The notes under the pieces are model-generated. The model ran no database searches, was not told the origin of the DNA, and saw nothing but the letters and a program-made list of their open reading frames with translations. From a virus (taxonomy: Duplodnaviria > Caudoviricetes): a DNA stretch of 52,655 nt. Made by a program: the position numbers and the translations under genes. Location: positions 1-52,655 of IMG/VR virus record IMGVR_UViG_3300022670_000781; one strand, 5' to 3'. Below are positions 44,779 to 52,655 of the stretch, in pieces. Numbering within the stretch: the first letter of the stretch is position 1; the number at the start of each line of letters is the position of its first letter.

Positions 44779-45233
44779 GTTCCAGTCTTCTCCCAAAGAT
44801 CAAAAAACCGTTGTTCTACTTGGCTTGAACTAAATTCAATAGTAAGTAACAGGGTAATGGTACCAGTACTATTAACTTTTGCAATAGAGGTGGTAATGTT
44901 TTTAACTAACTCATCGTCGATTAACCAGTCAACTGATTCAGAGACAGCATCTTTAACCCCGTTCAAAACTAGGTTGGTAAGCCTACTCTGTTCAAATAAC
45001 CAAAGCTTTGAACCTATTTCAAAACCTACAAAATCTGATAGTACATTTCCAATCCAACCACGTCTTCGAATGGCTTCCGGTACCTCTACTGGAGAGGCCC
45101 TACGTTCGCAAAAAATAGACATTTCTAAAGCAGTTTCAAATCCAGGCGCCAAACTAAAATCCCCAGTTTCTGAAAATGATATATCAAATAAACCGTCTTT
45201 ACCTTTTGTAAGTTGAAGATCCATACTATTCAT
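44775..45233 (-). CDS. Mu gp46-like baseplate protein
   Basis: TAL.MSIF.ERRA...RRGWIGN...GSKLWL..Q.R...WLIDD. Confidence 0.9.
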   Translation of the reverse strand: MNSMDLQLTKGKDGLFDISFSETGDFSLAPGFETALEMSIFCERRASPVEVPEAIRRRGWIGNVLSDFVGFEIGSKLWLFEQSRLTNLVLNGVKDAVSESVDWLIDDELVKNITTSIAKVNSTGTITLLLTIEFSSSQVEQRFFDLWEKTGT

Positions 45234-45751
45234 TATAAAACACCATTAATATTGACTTGGGTATCACCCGCCGAATCATTAGCTTGGCTGTGTCCATGGG
45301 TGTTATCAATAACCTTACCATTAGCAGTAACCGCTCCTGTAAATGCAGTGTCGCCCGTTACATTTAGGTTGTCAACATTTATATTTAAAGTCTTGGCAAT
45401 TATGTTACATACATTAGATCCGGCATCAACCGTAATATCGCCATTTTCAGAAAACTTAACAAAGCTTCCAGTTAAATAATTACCTACCACTACCTCGCCA
45501 GGTTTTAGATTTGCAAACCGTTTCTCAACTAAATTAGCAATTCCCGCTTTTGATTCCTCTTGACCTTGAAGGTTAAACATAATTACCAAGCTGCCTTCAG
45601 GAGGATTTGAACATAACCCGTATGGAGAAATTAATTCAACATCTGACGTTTTACCCAAATATGAAACTTGAGCTATCGGGAATACAGTATTGTCTTTTCC
45701 GACTAAACTAATAACTGACTTTTTAATCATATTTATTAGACTGTTCATCAT
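45233..45751 (-). CDS. Baseplate spike (Mu gp45-like)
   Basis: PYG..S.PP, LKPGEV, C-terminal HxH (NTHGH). Confidence 0.88.
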   Translation of the reverse strand: MMNSLINMIKKSVISLVGKDNTVFPIAQVSYLGKTSDVELISPYGLCSNPPEGSLVIMFNLQGQEESKAGIANLVEKRFANLKPGEVVVGNYLTGSFVKFSENGDITVDAGSNVCNIIAKTLNINVDNLNVTGDTAFTGAVTANGKVIDNTHGHSQANDSAGDTQVNINGVL

Positions 45752-46863
45752 TGTAATAATAAGCTCGTAGTTTTGGTGGTAGTTCTCTTTTGCTTTACCG
45801 GTTCAGTAGCTTCTAGGGTATAAGCATCCGTATTTACAATACCTAAGGTTACCACATTACCGTCATCTATATCAAGCCTAAATGTCACGCTATTAATTAA
45901 AAACTGTCCTTCAAGACCTGAAAACACATCTCTGATTTGGATAAGCATGTTAGGCTGCCAAATTTCACCAGTGGTTGAATCAGTGTGGCCTTGTAAGGTA
46001 ACCTCATAACTAAAAGAACGAGACCTGTTTATATTGGCCTGCCATGTAGCCCGTTTCTTACAATCCCCACTTGTGGACGCTTTTTCAGCTATCATAACTA
46101 GGGTTCTCGATTCCCTTATATCTAGGTCCTCTGATTGGCCAAAAGAGTTGGTTACAGTAACTGTGTTTACGCCTACACTTAAAAGATTTTTATTACCAAC
46201 CGAGTTTAACTGCGACTTAACAATATATCTATTGAATCGTTTAGAATTGTCATAGGTTACTGATGCTGATTTGATATTATTTAATTCAGGGGTATCCAAG
46301 GTGTTGAACAAAGTGGCTTCAGTACTTATGCCTGAACCCCTAGTGATAACAATATTACCATCTCCATCTGAAGTTATAAGTACCTGACGTTTCCTACAGT
46401 ACCCTTCAATAAGATTAAAAACGGTAATTCCAATTTCACCGCTTACCTTTTCAGAAGCTGTAAAATCATCTATATCATCAACTTCATTAATTACCTTGAT
46501 ATCAGGAATCTTTGCCTTTACCAAAATCTGTTCAATTATAGCTTGTAAAGAAATAGGCCCATTAAAATCAACTCCGCCATCTAAGGTTGAATCGATTACA
46601 TCCCCTGTTTTATCCCTTCCCTCGATAGATATATTATGAGAACCTGTATCGTAATTAACCGAAATAATTTCAATAAATCCAGTGATGATAGCGACTCCAT
46701 CAACTAATACTCTGCAAGGAGAATCAATCTCAATAGGAAAAGGATTTACGCTATCGGTAAAAGCATCAAATCTAAAACTCCCGCTTAGGGTATCCAATGA
46801 AATATTTACTTCAATTGAATTAAAATTTGTAAACTCGGTACCATTAACCTCAAGAATAATCAT
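45748..46863 (-). CDS. Baseplate hub (Mu gp44/gpP-like)
   Basis: LEVNG, ITGFI, GRDKTGD.IDS, RF..Y.V, W.PN motifs. Confidence 0.9.
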   Translation of the reverse strand: MIILEVNGTEFTNFNSIEVNISLDTLSGSFRFDAFTDSVNPFPIEIDSPCRVLVDGVAIITGFIEIISVNYDTGSHNISIEGRDKTGDVIDSTLDGGVDFNGPISLQAIIEQILVKAKIPDIKVINEVDDIDDFTASEKVSGEIGITVFNLIEGYCRKRQVLITSDGDGNIVITRGSGISTEATLFNTLDTPELNNIKSASVTYDNSKRFNRYIVKSQLNSVGNKNLLSVGVNTVTVTNSFGQSEDLDIRESRTLVMIAEKASTSGDCKKRATWQANINRSRSFSYEVTLQGHTDSTTGEIWQPNMLIQIRDVFSGLEGQFLINSVTFRLDIDDGNVVTLGIVNTDAYTLEATEPVKQKRTTTKTTSLLLQ

Positions 46864-48080
46864 GCAGTAAAAACCTTTATCTTACCTGAGTAATGGCTCA
46901 CATCAGGGTTACTATTTAAATCCACAATTGCATTAGCAAGGTCAAGATTTCCGTAAAGTTCATACGTTAATAATTGAGATGGACGTCTATTGATATCCAA
47001 CTCCAAAACTTGGTTAACCGTTAAGCGTTGAGTTTGTAAAAATATTTCACTTTGGTCTCTTAAGTTTTGAAGATCAAGTTTTGTTCTGTTTGGAATATCT
47101 GGATCTTCTTGAATAATTTGAAATTGGGCATCCAGTAATTGTTGAGTGGCATCTAAGGTTTCAGTATTAGTAAATACAATTTGTGAAGTGGCAACATAGG
47201 AAGATGATAATGAGGTGATCTGCATTTGCCTAGTAATGGCCTTTTCGTTATTAACAATTTCAGCCTTCTCTGCTGTTATATTGTTTAGATCTCCTATCAC
47301 TGCAGTATCAATTGTCAAATTATCAGAACCTTTATTAAAATCAAAGAATGTTGCTAATACATCTACTCTTGAATCAGGGGTAGGTAAAATGTTAATGCTT
47401 TGATCAAACAAACTTAATATCTGGGCTCCCAATGCTGATGGATTATTTACAAATGCACTAGCATTATTTTTAAATTCTAGTAGGTCAGATTTGAACTGGG
47501 CTATCAAGGTAGAATTACCATCCCCAAATTCACTAATTATATTTGAAAAACTATTGGTTACCTGATTTACTAAAGCTAACCCTTCACTAAATGAATTTGC
47601 AAAACCGATACCCACTTCAAATATATCAGTTATATCTTGGGCTAAACTTAAATTGGTAATATCACCTAAACCTGAAACAATACTTTTGCTACTAGATGCA
47701 GGTTGTGGTATAACATTATCATTAGCCTTTTCGAAAGTCATTGTGAAGATTGCTTCACCTAGTGTGGTGAGATCCTCGTTTAAAATATAAGGCTTTGCTA
47801 CTGCTTCAATTCTTCCAAAAAACGGATGAATTAAAATACCTTGGCCAGGCTCTTCCAAAGCGTTTAGTAAACGCTCTTTATCTTGAAAATAGTTGTCCCC
47901 AGTTATAGTCCCTGTAAGGGTAAATGTCTTTAACTGTTTACCTAAATCCTCAACCTTACGATTAGAGGAGTTAACGAATTCATGGGTTACTGTTTTACGG
48001 CCCCCTGTGGTAGTGGTCGTTTCCGGTAAAAAGGCAGCTCCTTTAAAACTGGCCTGTTGTAAATCTGTTAATATAGTCAT
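46860..48080 (-). CDS. Mu gp43 (DNA circularization N-terminal family) tail-tube initiator
   Basis: LQQASFKG..F...GGRK..HEF...VEDLG...LIHPFFG; C-terminal LYG. Confidence 0.9.
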   Translation of the reverse strand: MTILTDLQQASFKGAAFLPETTTTTGGRKTVTHEFVNSSNRKVEDLGKQLKTFTLTGTITGDNYFQDKERLLNALEEPGQGILIHPFFGRIEAVAKPYILNEDLTTLGEAIFTMTFEKANDNVIPQPASSSKSIVSGLGDITNLSLAQDITDIFEVGIGFANSFSEGLALVNQVTNSFSNIISEFGDGNSTLIAQFKSDLLEFKNNASAFVNNPSALGAQILSLFDQSINILPTPDSRVDVLATFFDFNKGSDNLTIDTAVIGDLNNITAEKAEIVNNEKAITRQMQITSLSSSYVATSQIVFTNTETLDATQQLLDAQFQIIQEDPDIPNRTKLDLQNLRDQSEIFLQTQRLTVNQVLELDINRRPSQLLTYELYGNLDLANAIVDLNSNPDVSHYSGKIKVFTA

Positions 48081-49606
48081 TTGAAGTTCTTTCCAGTATT
48101 AAGAGAACTGCTACCGAGGGTCTTGGTTGCAACACCTTGTACAATCCCTGAAGGATCACTAACCTTAATGTTAACATCTACTGCGTTTTGAGAATTATTA
48201 TTTATTAATAAACTTTTCGGAGCATTTAGTCCTTCAGGTCGGGCTGTAATATTGTTTAAACTTGAAGTATCGTTTCCACTAAAAGGATTAATTTTATTAA
48301 AAAAGCCACCTACTGAACCTTTTATATCAAAGTTTTTAACTATACCTGCAACTTTTTTAACGTTATCTACTATGCCTTCAAAAGGATTAAGTGTACCTAT
48401 CCATTCTTTTAAATCAGTAAACGCGGTTTTAATATCTTTAACCAAGGTTTGAACTTTAACCACAATTACATCAATGGTTCCGCCAATGGCCATTCTAATG
48501 TCATCCCAATTATCCGCAAAGGTAAGGCCTAGGGCTATAAGAGCAGAAAGCCCCGCAACTATTAACACAATAGGTGAAAATATAGCGCCTAACAGAAATC
48601 CTAATACTGCAACACCAATTGCCAGTGGACCTAGTATTGAAAGAACACCAGTCATTATTACTAAGAATTTTGTTAGCTTAGGGTTATTGTCAGCAAACTC
48701 TTTGAAGGCCTTAGTGGCATCCTGTATACCTGTAATTAAGGACTTCATTGTCTCCTTAATATTAAGGGTTTTTTCAAGGGTGTCACCAATAGTGGCGAGG
48801 GATAAATTAACGTTGTCTTTTAATGTTGAAAAGATACCAGCCAAAGTTTTACTTTGTTTATTCATTTGGTCGTGAAAGATACCACCTGTACCAGTTAAAG
48901 AAGCAAAGGCATCTTCCATCATCTTAAAGCTTATTTGAGACTTAGAAGCAGCTTCAAAAATAACTCCTTTTGTCACATTAAAACGCTTAGCCAGTAAATC
49001 AATAATCGGAATACCACGTTCAGATAATTGTAATAACTCCTCAGTCATTAACTTACCCTTTGATTTAACTTTACCAAAGATGCTGGCCATGTCCGTTAGA
49101 GGGATACCAGCGCCTGCGGCTATATCACCTAATGTGGTCATTACAGTAATAAGGTTTTCGTTTTCTACCCCAAATGCAAGTAACTGCTTGGCCGCTTTAC
49201 CAACCCCCGCTAATTGAAAAGGTGTCTTAGCAGTAAAGTCAATTAGGCTCTTAACTGCAACTTTGGCAGCATCTTCACTTTTAAGTAATGACTCAAATGA
49301 GACCCTGAGCGTTTCTATATTAGCCGAGGCTGTAAGGGCCAGGCCTGCAAAGACCCCAAGCGGGACAGTTAAACCTAAGGTCATCCCTGTCCCTACACTC
49401 TTCATTGAACTTAAGGTAGTTTTTAATCGGCCCCCAAGTGCTTTAAGACGATCTTTTAGGTGCTTAACTTTACTGGCAGCTTCGCGGAGTTTGCGAACCA
49501 TTGGTGAGAGTTGACGTGTTATTCCTCCAACCACATTTTTAATTTTTCGAGCGGTGGGAGAAAACTTGTCAATTGCGTGGTAGACATATTCAATACTAAA
49601 GGACAT
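48077..49606 (-). CDS. Tape measure protein
   Basis: A.DKFS start; FTAKTPFQL...LGDIAAG...EELLQLSERGIP tape-measure domain; hydrophobic segment. Confidence 0.9.
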   Translation of the reverse strand: MSFSIEYVYHAIDKFSPTARKIKNVVGGITRQLSPMVRKLREAASKVKHLKDRLKALGGRLKTTLSSMKSVGTGMTLGLTVPLGVFAGLALTASANIETLRVSFESLLKSEDAAKVAVKSLIDFTAKTPFQLAGVGKAAKQLLAFGVENENLITVMTTLGDIAAGAGIPLTDMASIFGKVKSKGKLMTEELLQLSERGIPIIDLLAKRFNVTKGVIFEAASKSQISFKMMEDAFASLTGTGGIFHDQMNKQSKTLAGIFSTLKDNVNLSLATIGDTLEKTLNIKETMKSLITGIQDATKAFKEFADNNPKLTKFLVIMTGVLSILGPLAIGVAVLGFLLGAIFSPIVLIVAGLSALIALGLTFADNWDDIRMAIGGTIDVIVVKVQTLVKDIKTAFTDLKEWIGTLNPFEGIVDNVKKVAGIVKNFDIKGSVGGFFNKINPFSGNDTSSLNNITARPEGLNAPKSLLINNNSQNAVDVNIKVSDPSGIVQGVATKTLGSSSLNTGKNFK

Positions 49607-49616
49607 TCGGTTACCT

Positions 49617-49802
49617 TTATAATGCTTTTTTGCGTTCTTTGGCTATCCTTTGAGCTTGGTCTTGGAGTCGTAAAAGTTCAGGTATTGGCATTTTTTGGGT
49701 ATCTGAGTATTGAACCCCACCTTCAAAAAATGCTAATACATTAGCCTCAACATCATCTATTACGCGGTGAAAACTTTCATCACCAAGGACATGATAAAAT
49801 TT
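49617..49802 (-). CDS. Frameshift-extended tail assembly chaperone segment (gpGT-like)
   Basis: -1 frame open from the slippery site A-AAT-TTT (49802-49796) to TAA at 49617; encodes FFEGGVQYSDTQKMPIPELL. Confidence 0.7.
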   Translation of the reverse strand, partial: KFYHVLGDESFHRVIDDVEANVLAFFEGGVQYSDTQKMPIPELLRLQDQAQRIAKERKKAL

Positions 49803-50212
49803 GCGAGGTATTCTGCGAGTAACACCTCCAAGTCCGATTCGTCAAATTTATTGTATTGAATTTGGTTAATTGGGTCACCGTCAATTTCGATACCCCCTTT
49901 TAAAGCTAACTTTTCAAATTCATTAAAGCAGGCTTCAATATCAACACGGCTAGCCAGTAACATAGACATTACTGCTTTGGCATCTAATTGAGCGTCTTTT
50001 TTACCTTCATCCGAATCAGAATCAGAACTCATTGATTTAAAAGTTTCTTGTGCATCCAACATTGCGGCGGTCATATACTGCTGCAATCTATATGTTTTAC
50101 GTAACAGTTTTTTACGAGGGGCTATAATATCCACAACATGAATATCTTGAAGCTCTCCCTCAACTGTTTTTTGTACTGGATACTGTAATGTAATCGTTAT
50201 CGAACTTTCCAT
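49760..50212 (-). CDS. Tail assembly chaperone
   Basis: Between the tube and tape-measure genes; ITL.YP start; ends YLANF at the slippery site. Confidence 0.8.
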   Translation of the reverse strand: MESSITITLQYPVQKTVEGELQDIHVVDIIAPRKKLLRKTYRLQQYMTAAMLDAQETFKSMSSDSDSDEGKKDAQLDAKAVMSMLLASRVDIEACFNEFEKLALKGGIEIDGDPINQIQYNKFDESDLEVLLAEYLANFIMSLVMKVFTA

Positions 50213-50215
50213 AGA

Positions 50216-50593
50216 TTATACCGCCGGACGAGACATAAATTCAATTTCAACTTCACCATCCACGCCCAATGATGTATCAGGGTCATTAGTGATAATCGCT
50301 TTTTGGAAGGTACGGGTAAAGTCACCTTCAACTACTTCTATAGCATTGGCATCTCTATTCGCAAGCCATTTACGAATCAGATTAACGTTCTCTACAGTTG
50401 AGAATAAAGTAAACTTACAAGAACCAATCTGAGTTTCAATATTCTCAGAAATAATTTGAGAAGTTTGCCCACCACCAGCACTCGACACTCTGACATTACG
50501 TTCACCAAACCCTTCTTTATAACTAAACGAATTTGGTTTAATGCCTACTGATACATTGTTAATGACAACTGTTGGTGCAAATAATGCGCCCAT
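50216..50593 (-). CDS. Tail tube protein
   Basis: 125 aa; follows the sheath gene; ends DGEVEIEF. Confidence 0.8.
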   Translation of the reverse strand: MGALFAPTVVINNVSVGIKPNSFSYKEGFGERNVRVSSAGGGQTSQIISENIETQIGSCKFTLFSTVENVNLIRKWLANRDANAIEVVEGDFTRTFQKAIITNDPDTSLGVDGEVEIEFMSRPAV

Positions 50594-50596
50594 GAT

Positions 50597-52153
50597 TTAT
50601 CCCTCAGTGCTAAATGCAATTTGGATCGTACCAATAAATTCTCTGAATTGAGTAACTAAAGGTACTTGCATATTTGCTGTAACTTTACCCACATCTAAAT
50701 CAATTGATATGACAAGGTTAGTGTTAAAAAATTCTTTTGCATCTTCACCTGCCTGCACAAGAACAAAGTCAGGTCCTGATAAAGTATCATAGAGCCCGTT
50801 TAAGAATGCACGCACTACTGATTCGTTGGCCATTGAACGGCCTTCGATAACATCACCTTCAGTCAATCGACTTTGAGCGAATCGGGATTTCACATTGTTA
50901 AACATAAACTCTCGAACGTTAGAAGAGGTATCCACGAAGTTAAGAAATTTGAAACTTATATCAGGGTTACCAGCAGAATCATTCTTGTAGGTAGTTACTG
51001 TCTCACCTAAGATGGTAGTATTACCAGCTCGGTTGTTTCCTATTGTGGAAAGACCGATTGCTAATAAGCTTTCAATTTCGGTAGCATCAAAACCTTTACC
51101 AGTTGGAATCAAAGGTAAGCTCGGAAATGGAGTGTTGAAGTAAGGGAAACTAGCTAGTGCACTACCCCCAAAACTATCTCGGGCCCCACCAGTTGCAATA
51201 ACAAATCGAGATATATTAGCATCTTCAGTTAAGCGTAAAGAACGAATCGCCGCCAATTCAGATGAAACAACATTTCCCAGCTCTACCATACTGGAGCCTT
51301 TGAATAAAGCATCATTGATAGCATTAAAACCAAGAATCGAAATGCTTTGACTATTTTCAGGTGTACCTACAGCTAACAAATTCGCAAATGTATCTGTGGT
51401 GGTAACAATACCAACCCCATCAAGAACATCGTTAGTCGCATTAAACCGAGGATCCAAAAGACCCTTTAATTCAGTAAGGGTGTACGAAAAAGGCCACACA
51501 ACTGTTTGATATCTAGCTTCGCCGATTACGTCAAATATTCCGGTTACAGTGGGGTTGGTTGCACCACTAGCCATTCCAACTAAAGCACTTGTAACTCCGG
51601 CAATAGTACCTACGACACGAAGAGTAATGTCATTACCCTCAATACCTTTATTGGCCGCAGTTATAGTTACTACCCCAGTTGTATTGGAGGCCGTAACTGG
51701 TATTTTGGTGTCAGCGGTTATAGCGGCTTCAATCGAATCACCGATAACGGTTGGTGTATCACCACTTGATATGCCTACCAATAATTTATGATTAATATTG
51801 GAACCAATGGTCACTTCAAGGGTACCCGCTTCGGTAGCCGTACCTGTAATGGTAAGGGTTCCAGCCGCAGCAGCTCCGCCAGCGTTATCGTCAATTCCGA
51901 TAGCATCTATTCGGGTTACTTTATTTATTTTCTTGAATGCTCGAATCATTCCAGCAATCATTGATTGTGAACCGAATAAAGCATCTTCGTTATTCGAGTT
52001 TAAAACTTGTTCTTGCAACTCACCTGATACTGCGGTACCAGTAAGCATTTGCCCAACTATCAAAACTCGTTGAGCAGTGTTCCCGACTTGTTGCAATGCA
52101 GGAATAATGTTAATGGTGACTTCTGGTTGCGAGATAATACTATTACCAGCCAT
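50597..52153 (-). CDS. Tail sheath protein (Mu gpL-like)
   Basis: VLIVGQ, LFG..SM...M, ITA.NKG..GN, SGATNP, TTYK....GNPD.SF. Confidence 0.92.
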   Translation of the reverse strand: MAGNSIISQPEVTINIIPALQQVGNTAQRVLIVGQMLTGTAVSGELQEQVLNSNNEDALFGSQSMIAGMIRAFKKINKVTRIDAIGIDDNAGGAAAAGTLTITGTATEAGTLEVTIGSNINHKLLVGISSGDTPTVIGDSIEAAITADTKIPVTASNTTGVVTITAANKGIEGNDITLRVVGTIAGVTSALVGMASGATNPTVTGIFDVIGEARYQTVVWPFSYTLTELKGLLDPRFNATNDVLDGVGIVTTTDTFANLLAVGTPENSQSISILGFNAINDALFKGSSMVELGNVVSSELAAIRSLRLTEDANISRFVIATGGARDSFGGSALASFPYFNTPFPSLPLIPTGKGFDATEIESLLAIGLSTIGNNRAGNTTILGETVTTYKNDSAGNPDISFKFLNFVDTSSNVREFMFNNVKSRFAQSRLTEGDVIEGRSMANESVVRAFLNGLYDTLSGPDFVLVQAGEDAKEFFNTNLVISIDLDVGKVTANMQVPLVTQFREFIGTIQIAFSTEG

Positions 52154-52155
52154 CT

Positions 52156-52350
52156 TTATTTACCTCTTTTAGTAGATTTTTCAACAACTACTTCAACACA
52201 GTTGTCAATTAAAGAATCTTGGAGCCGTCTACGCCAAAAACGATCAATTGGGATACCGTCAGAAGAGTCCAAAGTAACAACCTTGCCTTTTTTATGGTTA
52301 GGGTTGGTACCTAAATCCATATTTAATTTAAGTTTTATTTTTTCTGACAT
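52156..52350 (-). CDS. Mu gp38/DUF2635-like small protein
   Basis: FWRRRLQD motif; directly upstream of the sheath gene. Confidence 0.7.
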   Translation of the reverse strand: MSEKIKLKLNMDLGTNPNHKKGKVVTLDSSDGIPIDRFWRRRLQDSLIDNCVEVVVEKSTKRGK

Positions 52351-52351
52351 T

Positions 52352-52655
52352 TTAAGGCTCATCGTCTAAATTAACATTTACTGAAGTTAAAGTTTCAGAG
52401 AATTTGTTTAAAGTAATAAGACCAAAATCTCTGAACGCAACATTATCTTCAAGGGCAACCATATCTCCCCCAAGTATATCCCGAACCGTCTGGAAAAGAA
52501 ACCTGTGGATATAAAAACCTTTAGTATACCCGAAAAAGGTATTGCCATTGGGGGTTACTATATACTCTCTTGGTGTAGACAGGTTACTAGGTAGCTTAAC
52601 ACCAACTAATGATTTATATAAAAGTACAGTAATATCGTCTACTTGATCGCGTTCG
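52352..52655 (-). CDS. C-terminal part of the neck/tail-completion gene that begins at 707
   Basis: Open frame ERDQVDDITVLLYKSL...VAFRDF...VNLDDEP*, in frame with 707..1 across the window ends. Confidence 0.7.
   Translation of the reverse strand, partial: ERDQVDDITVLLYKSLVGVKLPSNLSTPREYIVTPNGNTFFGYTKGFYIHRFLFQTVRDILGGDMVALEDNVAFRDFGLITLNKFSETLTSVNVNLDDEP

Noticed and set aside
49604-49760. Chaperone frameshift product fused to the tape measure protein
   Set aside because: The -1 frame stops at 49617, and the tape-measure frame has an in-frame TAG upstream of its ATG.
42864-52153. Transposable Mu-like prophage or tailocin
   Set aside because: No transposase, repressor or host flanks. The genome has its own head, terminase and polymerase.
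681-52369. Many antisense or alternate-frame ORFs in the track (e.g. 1984-2505, 4051-4431, 44030-44455, 48474-48875)
   Set aside because: They are shadows of well-supported genes on the opposite strand or frame, with no recognisable motifs.

Overview
The window is essentially a whole ~52.7-kb, AT-rich, probably virulent tailed-phage genome. One gene runs off the left end and resumes in frame at the right end. No integrase, transposase or clear lysogeny module is visible. The host is probably a Gram-negative bacterium, based on the spanins, a lambda-family holin and sigma70-type promoters. Four modules are present. (1) Minus strand: terminases, an HK97-type head (portal, Mu gpF-like protein, protease, major capsid protein), neck and head-fibre genes, a Mu-like contractile tail and baseplate, a split tail-fibre cassette and lysis genes. 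(2) A leftward region of ~30 small accessory genes with shared start-associated repeats, including an Acb1-like 2H phosphodiesterase and a tRNA-like element. (3) A putative origin, a primase-helicase and a rightward recombination/replication module (AAA ATPase, DUF669 SSB, Cas4-like nuclease, SF2 helicase, beta-clamp-like protein, family-B polymerase). (4) A 7-deazaguanine DNA-modification cluster (queE, queC, queD, folE, dpdA-like). The most striking unexplained signal is a self-contained transcription unit at 30001-30673: promoter, then the last of three paralogous small helical proteins, then a ~210-nt structured RNA with G-U-supported stems, seven AUGA motifs and an anti-SD-like segment, then a terminator, directly upstream of queE. 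All product calls come from motif recognition by eye; no database search was run.
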